64,000 bases of DNA, from the NCBI GenBank assembly GCA_964016885.1, contig OZ024750.1, positions 2,852,001-2,916,000 on the forward strand. The letters are read 5' to 3'. The notes beneath the pieces were generated by a model that was given only the letters and a program-made list of their open reading frames with translations, did not search any database and was not told the DNA's origin. The position numbers were made by a program, and so were the translations under genes. Shown here piece after piece: positions 52,317 to 64,000 of the stretch (position 1 is its first letter; each line of letters opens with the position of its first letter). Source of the stretch: Eledone cirrhosa (lineage: Eukaryota).

Positions 52317-55300
52317 TATCAAAAGGAAAGATACTTACAGGCAATAAGAATAAGAGGGGTAACTTTAATAACACACACAGGGAGCAAATGTTAGATAACA
52401 AATATTAATGGTTAGAAAAGTCAGTCTTTTAAATCAGCAGAACAGTAGAAGACAGCCATTTTCCATTCTGCCTCTAGTCCAGTAACAAAGACTTCTCAGA
52501 TCAATGCTGTTACTTCTTATTATCAATACTACCATTCCATTCTGTTTTTTGAAATTGTCAATAGAAGATGTGCACTTGCCAAGATTGGTTAACAAGACAT
52601 GACTTCAGATAAACTATTTTCAACATGATTCCACACATCAAAAGAGATGTTTAATTCTTTAAAAAAAAAAAAAAAAAAAAAAAAATTGTAATTTTTACTT
52701 TTTCTTTACTTTTTCTTCCTGAATTGTTTTTAGTAAAAGAAAAAAAAATTTTTTTTATCAATCCTTCAGTGTTGGTTTTAAATTTAATATTAGTCATGAA
52801 ATCATCTTAACCGAATATCTTGTGAGATAAAAAATATTTCATATATATATATATATGTATATATATATGTATACGTGTGTGTATATATGTATAACATAAA
52901 ATAAAAATCACATTCATATGTCAATGCTGTGGAGAAAAATGTAGGAAAGCCATGTCATATTTTCTCTCTTATTAATCATCACCATCATCATCATCATCAT
53001 CATCATCATTTTCATGTTTAAATGGAAAAAAGATGACTATATATACATACACACACATATCGAAAACCAACACGTTGAAAATGCTTGAGATAAGTCAAGT
53101 ATTAGGAAGAATTATAGACTAAAAATAGAGCAAAACATTATAATCTTAATAGCAATATAAACATTGAGAATATCTGCAACCTTAGTGACAATGGCAGCCA
53201 TAACTACTATCAGAAGACTAGTAATATAAAACCACATCTGCCAGATAATGACACTGTAGTCTTAATTACAACAACTCATTGTAGTTACTAAAGTCATAGG
53301 ATTTGTGAATTGATAGAGGTGGAAACAAAAAAAGAATTGCTGGGTAGATTTTACGGGCAAAATACCAACCAACCCAAAGGTAGACTGTGAACAAGATGGT
53401 TGGATAATATCCATGAGCTTAGCGAGTGTATAAGACTACAAGGTTGGTATAAACCAGTGTATAGGCATTAAGCAACTGAGAGTACAAGACTCCCTCCTGG
53501 ACAGGACACCAGTCTATCACAGGGTTAAACTCCCAGCTATTGCTGCTGGTATTTATTTTCAACTGAGTATACTGGAGCAACATGAAATAAAGTATTTTTG
53601 CTCAAAGACACAACACACAACCCAGTCCAGGAATCAAACCCATGACATTATGATTGTAAGTTCAACACCCTTACCACTAGGCCACACACCTCCACTAACA
53701 CCCTTACCACTAGGCCACACACCTCCACAAAACTATTCATTAAAATGGAGATAATTCAGAAATTATAATCAACACCAGAATAATTAAAGTAAAAAAAAAA
53801 AAAGTTTTTTTTTTTCTAGATAAAACTTTAAGCCTGCCAAAGAATAAAAAAAATGGTGAGAGAGAACTCATCAATAATTATTGAAATTAAACAGAAATCT
53901 ATATTGTATTGGCTTTAAATTTCTCTACTGTGATAACATCTGATTGATACGAAAGTGATTGAAATTGGATTTGAAATTAAATGTTAATAGTTTATAAAGA
54001 AATATAAATAGATAAATATATTAGCTAATATAGATTGGAAATATGTTTGGATATATATATACAGGTAAATCAAAGGTGTGAGATTAATTAAATATTGTTT
54101 ACCACATTTCAATATTAAAAAAACCAATATTTTATTTTGAAAATGAATCTAATTCAAAATTCAGTTGATGCTTTTTGTATGTTTTTAGCAAGAGAAATAA
54201 TATGAAATTGTGTGTTAAAATATATTATTGTAGATGTAAAGATGTTATGTGAGATATTACATGAGAGTAATGTAAATGTTATGAGATATTATGTAAGGTA
54301 AAGCCTTTACTGTGAAAATACAATAGTATATATAGAGTAATGTAAATGTTATGTGAGATATTATGTGAGGTAAAGCATTTACCATGAAAATACAATAGTA
54401 TATATAGAGTAATGTAAATGTTATGTGAGATATTATGTAAGGTAAAGCCTTTACTGTGAAAATACAATAGTATATATAGAGTAATGTAAATGTTATGTGA
54501 GATATTATGTGAGGTAAAGCATTTACCATGAAAATACAATAGTATATATAGAATAATGTAAATGTTAAAGGGTTAAACCTAACGTGTTAGAAGAATACAA
54601 AATACTGAAACACAGATGACTAAAAGGCTTAGCAGATTTCAATATACATATTTGTACTGGTTACTGAAAATATTTGATAGACTACTTATAAATGCAAGCT
54701 AGTCTAACAATATCTGTAGTGAACCAAAGGCAGCAATTTTGTATCTGATTTTTTGTTTTATTTTTGTTTTGTAGAGCACGTCTTTTGTTGCTCTTAGCAA
54801 CAAGGGCTAAAATTGATATTCAATGTTTGTTGTCATGACAATAACTCATGTTAGACTGGATTTTTTGCACCTTTTATTTTGAACCGAAGCAAATATCTTA
54901 GTTCTGGTACATGTGTAGAATGTTTTCAACAATGATTATTTCAGAATGAGTTAATTTGCTTCTTTGAGCAGTTGCCAGAGTTCACTGAATGCTGTCTCAA
55001 TCATTCTCTGCTTCTACCAATTTCAGTGCAAAGATTTTTTTTTTCTCTTTCTCTCAAATGTGTTTTGCAATAGCCCATATATTTTCCAAATGTCTTTATT
55101 TAGATAAAAAAAAAAGTAACATGTCACGCTCTTACTATCATGACTTAAAGGTTGGTGAACTTTATCTTATTGTACACACACATTCACCACATAACTAAAA
55201 TGCTATGTATGTATAACAGTAGTAGCTTTCATTCTATTACACAATTGATTCTAGCAAAGTATTCACATTTTCCAACTAGTTGATATTCATACAATAATTA

Positions 55301-55343
55301 CACACACACAAGCTCAAGCACACACACACAAGCCCCCCCCCCA

Positions 55344-55376
<33 letters not shown>

Positions 55377-55584
55377 ATGATCTAACTCTCAGTGTCACAC
55401 TTAGAGAATATTACTTGATAAGAAATATGTACAATTATGTCTGTAGCATCACAGCCTCCATAACAAATTGCCTGTAGATACTTCATATATTTCAAGCATA
55501 TTTATATACACTTATTATGAATCAATTACTGTAATTACATATATAAATAATTACAGTGTTGATTGGTTAATAATTAGTGTGTGT

Positions 55585-55622
<38 letters not shown>

Positions 55623-55718
55623 TAGGTAATTCCTAAGGAAAAGCAAAGGAAAAAAAGAGTGCTCTGTGTATAGAACGGAGCTTTTTAATTAGAAAGTGAA
55701 CAACACAAAATATAACTA

Positions 55719-55786
55719 CTCCGTTACCAAAGGTTTCTGGATCCCAGACAATAATAATATACGTCTGGATCACTCGTCAGACAGAG
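55719..55786 (-). ncRNA. type I hammerhead ribozyme motif (family A element, 55621-55860)
   Basis: Minus strand: cucugu-CUGACGA-gu gauccagacg uauauuauuau ugucugggauc ca-GAAA-CC uuu GG-UA-acggag. 6-bp stem I, ~10-bp stem II with an imperfect base, 3-bp stem III. Confidence 0.65.
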
Positions 55787-58587
55787 ATGTTATAACATCT
55801 CTGTCTAATGAAACCTCTGGTAATGGAGTAGTTATATTTTGTTTGGTTCACTTTCTAAATATATATATACTCGAAATATGAGAGTTAGCTGAAAAATACA
55901 TAGGCCGAAAAGAACATAGACTGACTATCAAAGAGTGATGCTAGAGCTGTGAAATCTTGCATGTATTATTTTCAACTTTAACTAATATAGACTTCTTTAC
56001 ATTCTGATCCTTTCAGGACAATATTTCTAATGGAGAACATTTCCAATTGTTATTCAATTAACTTTGAAAATAAGCAAAAATTTGGAGGGATTTAATAAAA
56101 CAACTACTTCATCATTAAACTGATATTTAGAACATAACAAAAGATTCTTCAATAAAATGATGTTGGAAGGTTTCAATTTAGATATAAGGAATTTAAAATG
56201 GCTGGTTTTGCTGTCTCAAATGTGTTGGTCTGAAAAAGTTAAATGTAACATGGAGATTGTAGTCTTAATTTTCTATATATCAAACTTCTCATTTTTTGAA
56301 AAATGTTGTGAGCCAAAATAATTATAAACTTTGAGTGGAATATGTCCAAGTTTATGTTTGTAGAGATGCTAATGTGACGGGGAGGTAGAGGTTGGCAAGA
56401 AAGGTTGTTTCATTAACACACATGAAAAATATTCAAGGGTTAGAGATTAATTTTATGAATTTTATCACCTATTCCTCAAATATTTTTCAAAAGAAAGCTA
56501 AAGTCCCCACCGATTCGCTTGTATTCTCACAAACCATCAATAACAGAAGTTAGTCATTGAGGTTAAGTATTTATTCAACTGTAGCAAATTTTTTTGATTC
56601 TGTCTGATGAACATTTTCAGACATTAAACTTTATTTCTCTTTATTCAATAAATATTGCATTGAAGAATTAGTTCAGGTGGAATATAAAGTAACATAGAAT
56701 GTATTTAACTATGAAAATGTATTTTATAGTCTATTGTACATGTTAATTCGTCAAATAGTTTGGTTACTAGCACCAATGTATCTTCCCCAACAAGGAAAAA
56801 ATCTTAAACTAAAAAGAATTTTAAAAATCAAAAAAATTTAGAAAAGGATTTGTTTTGCTTCTAAATTTAAATTGATTTCAACATCTTTTGTTATAATGAA
56901 TTAATTTTTCAGTACAACATGCAATTGAAAATTTAAAATCATTAAAAAAATATGAAATGTCTAGTTAATTAAGCCTAGAAAGAGGTCTAGTTTAATCAAT
57001 ATAAGGTTAAAAAATTCATATTTCATAATCAATTTAGAAACGAAAAACAATTTGTTGTTCTAGATTGTCTCATGAGGATTACATGAAAAATGTATGTTGT
57101 CATGTTTAATTTTATTTGCTATCACTAATAAAAGAACAATATTGTATAAATGGAATGTAGCAGGAGGAAGAATAAAGAATTATGAAAATATATTTAGTAA
57201 GAGATGAAAATATGCTCATATGACGAAAAAAAATGTAAGAGACAATTCTCAAGTAAAATGGTGACCATGAAAGAGAAAAGAAAACTTAAAATCCCGAGAT
57301 TTATTAAGCATGAAAAACTGTTACTTTAAAATTAAAGTTAAAGTATGGGTCAATAGTCTAAGTACAGTAAGTATGTTATTTATAAAGAAGGAAGTTTTTA
57401 AAATAATTGTTTCTACTTTTGGCACAAAGCCAGCAATTATCCCAGTGAATTACTGGTACTTTATTTTATCAACCCTATAAGGATGAAAGGCAAAGTTAAC
57501 TTCGGCGAAATTTGAACTCAGACCGCAAAGGGACGTAACTCTATGCTGCAAAGCACGGCGTCCAACCCTCTACCGATAAATAATGTTACTGGATAATATG
57601 TGGAGACAAAGAAATTTGAAAATTTTGCAGTTCTGAGTTTAACACTTTTATTACCATATCTAACTTCTTTATACATGATAAATAGTTAATTAGAGATTTT
57701 ATTGAATAAGATTTCTTGCTAAGAACTGACCAGCAGATATCAAGTGTATGGTTGTATATAAACATTTTCCATTTTCTATATAGTTATTGTTTGACATTTG
57801 ATATCAACCAATTCTTTCATTTCTTTATCTTTTATTTTGACTACCATGTGTTACATTGATGGCTTGTATGTTAGCTGAGTTCTTGCTAACGTCAGTTAAT
57901 TCTATCATTTCCACTTGAAAGCTTTCATTGGTAATCTTCTTTACTATATATAATTATTTTAAATATCCATTAACTTGGACAAAAATGCTGATTTCAATAG
58001 ATTATACACTAACTCTGAGCATTTATATGCAAATATTATACAGAGTAACATATTGACAATCGTTATATGAAATAATAAACATAATATTAAAAGTAGAGTT
58101 GAACAAATTCGTTTTCAAACAACACTCCTCTTCCTCTTGAATCCAATATAGAGGAAGAGGAGTGTTGTTAGATCTGCCAATTCCATAATTCCTCTTTAAT
58201 ATTCCATTCAATATATTCTCAGAAGACAGATAAGGTGTTAAGTGTTATATTGCAATTATAGATATACAATCCAACCTGATATTAAAGTTGGAATACAATT
58301 AATCAAAATGATTTACTGAATATTTAAGAGTAGAATGGTGAACTGTAGGAAAGACTCACTGGAATATTTTCAATGCTTTCTAGATATTGAAGAACTAAGG
58401 TTGTGACCAGTCATAGAAAAATACTTCCATTTTGTTGTTTTTTTAATAATATTATTATATTCATCTTAAAACTAAACTCATTTTTAAAAAGAATCGTTGA
58501 ACCCTTTTGGTTTCTATGTCCTTCCTAATGCCAATCACATTTACAGAGTGTACAGGGCACTTATATATATATATATAAGCGCCCGGT

Positions 58588-58620
<33 letters not shown>

Positions 58621-58872
58621 AGAAAAGAGTCAGAACCCCGACAGCAGAGCTCAAGCTGTTTCGACAGCTATTTCTGGACTGAAATAGCTGTCGAAACGGC
58701 TTGAGCTCTGCCGTCGGGGTCCTGACTATTTTTCTATTACCCACTCTAATACCCAAGTATCGAGTGCTCTGGTCTGTTATGGTCCACCTGGTTCCTTACC
58801 ACACTTCCTTTGTTATATATATATATACAAACACATACACATACATATACACACATATATATATACATATAA

Positions 58873-58915
<43 letters not shown>

Positions 58916-59396
58916 TGCCAAAAGGAAGTTGAAGTAGAGAAATACTTTGTTTGCTTAAAAAAAAAAAGAGTAATTGAATTTCTACAATTAAAAATGTAAA
59001 ACTTTTAGACTTAATCCAGTGATATTTTAAAATATCTTAAGATAATTAATTAGACTATAAGAGGCTAGCTTCTCAGGTAAACTAGTTATTTTTCTATCTA
59101 GGTAGAATGATAAAAATGAAGATTCCTTACCTAAAGAAATAATTATTTGCAATGGGACAGAAATAGTATTCCAGATAACAAGGAAACTATTACCATAGGC
59201 TCTTTAGGTACTTATTTGGTCTTAATTTAGGAGAAAAAAAAGTAGTAGTAGTACTTATCACAGTTGAGTGGGTTTTAATGAGAATGATATCAAGATAGAA
59301 AGCAATTGCTCCAAAAATTGAAGCAAAAAATCAGGTCTGCAAACACTTCTGTAATCTCCCTCCCTCCCTATGTGTGTGTGTGTGCATGTGTGTGTG

Positions 59397-59473
<77 letters not shown>

Positions 59474-59891
59474 GTATTTATATATACATATACATCAGAG
59501 CTATAGTTTCACAGCTATAATATATATGTATCTATCTATCTCTATATATATATATAGAAACAAGTAGGACCCTGACGGCTGAGCTCAAGCCGTTTCGACT
59601 ACCCTAAGTATTGAGTACTTTGGTGTGTTATGGTCCATCTGGTTCCTTACCACATTTCCTTCGTTATATATATATATATATATATAGGTTCCCGAGTGGT
59701 GTCAGGGGTATCCATAGTTAAAAAAGGTACTCAATACGTTGGTAGAGTATAGACATCTGTATTATATGAAGAAAATACTTCTACAGGACTAGGATTGTTT
59801 CATTCGCATGATATTGTCAGGAGTGATTTCATATTAATAAAACATTTCTAATCTCTCTTTCTTTCTCTCATATATATATTTATTTATTTAT

Positions 59892-60028
59892 TTATTTATT
59901 AAAATAACAGATTAAAGTTTAAGCAAAGAATCACTGCTTTCACCCTTAACGGGATCTTCAGAAGATCCCGTTAAGGGTGAAAGCAGCGATTCTTTGCTTA
60001 AACTTTAATCTGTTATTTTAATAAATAA
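59892..60028. repeat. ~137-bp palindrome centred on a hammerhead-like core (family E)
   Basis: Axis at 59960 (GATCTTC-A-GAAGATC); minus strand reads CUGAAGA-u-CCC guuaa GGG-u-GAAA; AATAAA at the arm ends. Confidence 0.85.
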
Positions 60029-63000
60029 CAGATTATGGTTTTATATATATATATATATATATTATCCTTATTGAGCCCCCTTCGGATTTTAGTCTTCACA
60101 TTTATTATTATCACTATATATATGTATATATAGTGATAAAGTGATATGCCATTTTCCAGACATTTTTCCAGGGTTCCCTAACAATCTTTCCCTATACTTT
60201 GGTATACTCGTGTATTATTTTAGTTTAACAGAAAACCATATAAGAGAAGCTAAATACTTTGAATATTTTACCAGCCCTTTCTACATAAGAAACCCATATT
60301 TGCATTTAACATATCACAGTAGCTCATTCCTCTCCAATTGTTGTGCATTCTATGAATTTATTGCTCAAATTATAATATCACACATTTCTGATATAGGCAC
60401 TACATAGTTCATTTTTGAATGGATCAAGATTCCCTTTATCTCCATTAGGGAAACAATTCTCTGAATTTCACATCAGCTTACAAGAGATATATTATCGCAA
60501 GAGTCAAGTATAAGGATATAAACCAAACACTACGTGCCTTCTATTAAAGTGAAATATTGAATAGTTTAATAGCATTTGTTATAACCTGCTCATGCTTTAT
60601 TTATTTAAGAGCAGAATTTTGAAATATGGAAATGTAAAATTGAATGGAAGTGATTGAAGTTGACTAAGATCAAAATGTCAGGCTATAGCTGGGATTAGTT
60701 ATACAGATTCAGGGGTTTCACTTAATTTGGAAAAAGACTTGATGTAGTTCAATAATAGATGCAAGGTTTTAGACAGAAGAGAAATAGAAATCTTACTGAG
60801 AACTGATTTCAGTGTGGGTATCAAAAGGATGGAGAAATAACTCCATAAATAACATAATTAAATCTGTCAAGTTCATGCTAGAATTGGCACTGAATAATAT
60901 ATCAATAACTGGAAATTACTATTTTGAATGTAGAATTCTTTAGAAATAAAGATTGTTTCTAACAATGATTATCCCAGACAGCGAGAACCTATAGTTTAGA
61001 GATTATAACATCCAGGTACTGTAGGTTCACCAGAGTGAGCACTCAATGTAGGTATGTTAGTGTTGTACTAAGTAGAGTGTAATAATTGTTTCTAATTTTG
61101 GCACAAGGCCAGCAATTATTCCCAGTGTATTACTGGTACTTTATTTTATCGACCCCGTAAGGATGACAGGCAAAGTTAACCTCGGCAGGATTTGAACTCA
61201 GAACATAAAGGGACGTAACTCTATGCTGCGAAGTAGGGTGTCCGATGCTCTACCGATTCTGCCAGTCCACCGCCCTTCCTGCCAGTCCACTGTGAAACTA
61301 TAGCTCTGATGGGAAGGACCAGGGGTTTCATGTTTAATATACTCTTCAAAACCTTTTGAAGGTTTGGAAAATATACTGAGCATGAACCTCCATGGCATTA
61401 GTATCTATAGTAAGATATACACCACATGATGCTGATGATGATGATGACCACCCTACCTGTGTATTGAGGTATATTTCTCCCATTTACACAGCCAAACCTG
61501 TATGTCTGCATGTATGTGTGTATGTGTGTGTGTGTGTGTGTGTGTATATAAAATATATATATATATACACACACACACACAGGGAAGGAGGGAGATTGTA
61601 GAAATGTTTGCAGATTTCATCAGAATAGATTCAGCACTCAATAGTATATCATGAGCACTGAAGCAACATCAGCAACAACTTTAATAGGAATTTTGATACT
61701 GATAAATCATATAACAATAAAATATTTCTTTTGCAGAGGATTATAAATAATGGCATAAATCTGAAAATGTCGATGACAAAAATCAAATCAAACTATAAAA
61801 TAACTTCTAAAATAAATATAAAAAAATTTATTTAAAAAATTATCAAAACATTTATCTGATCTTATCACAGTAATGCACTACCTTAATTTTAAATCTTAAG
61901 AATACTTTCTTTATATGGAAATAGAAATGGCAACCAGTACTGATCTTATTGCCATGACATTATTTTGATTTTATAACTTTCTTTATCTCTTTTGAAACCG
62001 AACCGTCTGAAATCACTGGTTTCTATGATTTTACGCTTTTTATATTCACCTAAAAACCTTCCATCATAATTTCATGCAAGAAACTTTGTTAACCCTTTAG
62101 CATTTAAACTGGACGTAATAGGCCAGAATTCTCTCACCTCTTTCTGTTCAAACTAGCCGTAACTGGCCACTCATACTGACATTAAGGTATTGTTCTCAAA
62201 ATAAATAATATCAAAATCTTATATATTCAATATCATGTGAGATAAGGCCTTTACTCTAAATGCTAAATGGTTAACTTATATTTCAAACAACAACTGAATG
62301 AGAAAAGTTAGTAAAACAGCCTGATACTGTCTCTAGTTTTACAATATAAACCTGTTTGTTTTAGAATGTTATTAATCTAAACTCCTACCACCTTAACTTT
62401 ATAATAATAATAATGATAATAATGAAATTATTGTGTACAGTGCTCAGGTGCACTACAACTTATCAAAGGTACATGTATAGTACATAAAATAAATAATGTA
62501 CAAATGTCAGGAAAATGAACAGTGTACGAGTCATGATATACATGTGTGTGTGTGTATGGAGGGCAGACATCAGGTGTAGTGTTGGCGAATCTCAGGAAGC
62601 ATGGAGGTTTTAAAGGAGGCAGTGTCTCGACAGCTAATAACTGATGCAGGAATATTCATTAAGTCATGTCCCAAACACCAACATAATGAGAAATATAGTA
62701 ACGAAAGAGTTAAAATAAAATCAAGATAGAAAGAATAGCCCATGCTAGCATGGAAAATGGACGTGTGATGATGATGATGAAAGAATGTGATTATAGTTTG
62801 TCAATGCAGTAAGAACTAATTCTGACATACCCTCCCTAAATATACCGAAATACCTAAACTATTAGGTCAAGTTTGATAGATGTATGAAATAATAACACTT
62901 CACATAGTTTCACATATTTCATACAATATTCCACATTCAAAGTAATCTTTATTTAATTTTACAGCTCAAAATTCTACAGTTCAAAATTAGATTTTATCTG

Positions 63001-63679
63001 TTTATATGGTAAAGAATAGTAGTTATTCTTAGCTAAACTAATTTTATCTTGAAAATTAGGTATGTAAGGCTACTAACCACAAACACATTAGTTTAAACAC
63101 TAGTTCACCAATTGTGATATGACCCCAGACAAAGCTAATTTTTGTATTCTCTTTGGTAGGCCAAACTAAAATAGTTGCTATTTCAACTATATGGTTCAGT
63201 GATTAGAAGTAGGAATAGAATTTAGTTGTACCAATGTAAATATAAAAATATTAATATATCATCATCATCATTTTTTGATGTCCATTGTTCCATGATGACA
63301 TGGGTTAAATGAGTTGTCCCATTGAGACAAGCTAGATCAGATTATCATGTCTTAGTCATACAGAACTGATTCTGGCTTGGTTTCTATGGCTGGATACACT
63401 TTCTAATGCCAACCACATTTACAGAGAGGCCTGGGTGCTTTTTGTAGTGTCGCTACCATGGCCACTTTTTTTTTTTTGTGATTCCAAAATAACAACTTTA
63501 CTGTATAGACCGAGGGGCTGGGTGGGGGAGGTGCATCGAGGGTGGGGCACTTATTTGATGAAGGGTGGCAGTGTAGGGTGGGGTGTTAGGATGTGGGAGG
63601 TGAAGGTGCACACTAGATGTATGCTTCAACCTGTGCACATTATATATATATATGAGAGAGAGGGGGGAGGGATGGAGAG

Positions 63680-63735
<56 letters not shown>

Positions 63736-64000
63736 TTTGTCTAACAACACTAGTTTATAAGCAAGATGTTTGGTTGACTGTTTTGAAACAATGTGCTTTA
63801 ATTATTTCAAAAATTGCTTATTGCATTCAATGAATGCACTGAAGTTAATTAAGCAACATCGTTACCGTGTTGGTAGGCTGAAAAACATTTCTGAGACAGA
63901 AGCAAATGCTGCAAGCACTTATTTGTGGTGCTGGAATCACTCACTGCCGATACATGAAAGACAACTAATGAGAAGATATCTTTCACTTAATGATAGATCA

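Noticed and set aside
52339-52401. Strong donor CCT|GTAAGT with hydrophobic frame LSNICSLCVLLKLPLLFLLP
   Set aside because: No ATG before the in-frame stop in any phase; a non-coding exon cannot be excluded but is unsupported.
53119-53128. Perfect MEF2 site CTAAAAATAG
   Set aside because: Expected by chance in 64 kb of very AT-rich DNA; no supporting cluster.
54951-55004. Minus-strand peptide MIETAFSELWQLLKEAN, superficially spectrin-like
   Set aside because: Bounded by stops, has no splice sites and does not match the expected exon-55 motif (WLTEAETTANVL).
59780-59825. Minus-strand CTGACAA...GAAAC...GTC
   Set aside because: Uncompensated G8A, poor stem II and no stem I; at most a decayed remnant.
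61457-61483. Minus-strand MGEIYLNTQ|GTAGGG phase-0 mini exon
   Set aside because: Weak donor, only 9 codons and wedged between microsatellites; chance-level.

Overview
This is AT-rich, microsatellite- and SINE-dense eukaryotic DNA. The repeat complement (tRNA-head SINEs, RTE tails ending CATGCTAGCATGGAAAATGGACGTTAAATGATGATG) looks like an octopus genome; that is recognition from memory, not a database result. Almost all ORFs in the supplied track are repeat artefacts. One secure coding exon lies on the minus strand (4596-4765): a spectrin-repeat exon of dystrophin matching human DMD exon 56 in sequence and splice phases. The remaining ~59 kb therefore appears to be the intron equivalent to DMD intron 55, the Dp116/G-utrophin promoter intron. 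Inside it I find two candidate phase-0 alternative first exons (34238-34288, 40724-40843). The most unusual signal is a set of short, mutually dissimilar elements embedded in (TA)n/(TG)n tracts. They carry type I hammerhead ribozyme motifs, including a U3:A8 core covariant, and often have fold-back inversions centred at or near the ribozyme, consistent with Penelope-like/retrozyme-type elements. Also present are tandem arrays born from a SINE head and from a MITE segment, a 52-bp direct repeat flanking a 1.3-kb composite insert, several long palindromes, and a CRE-like LINE remnant. All structures were folded and aligned by eye, and repeat boundaries are approximate.
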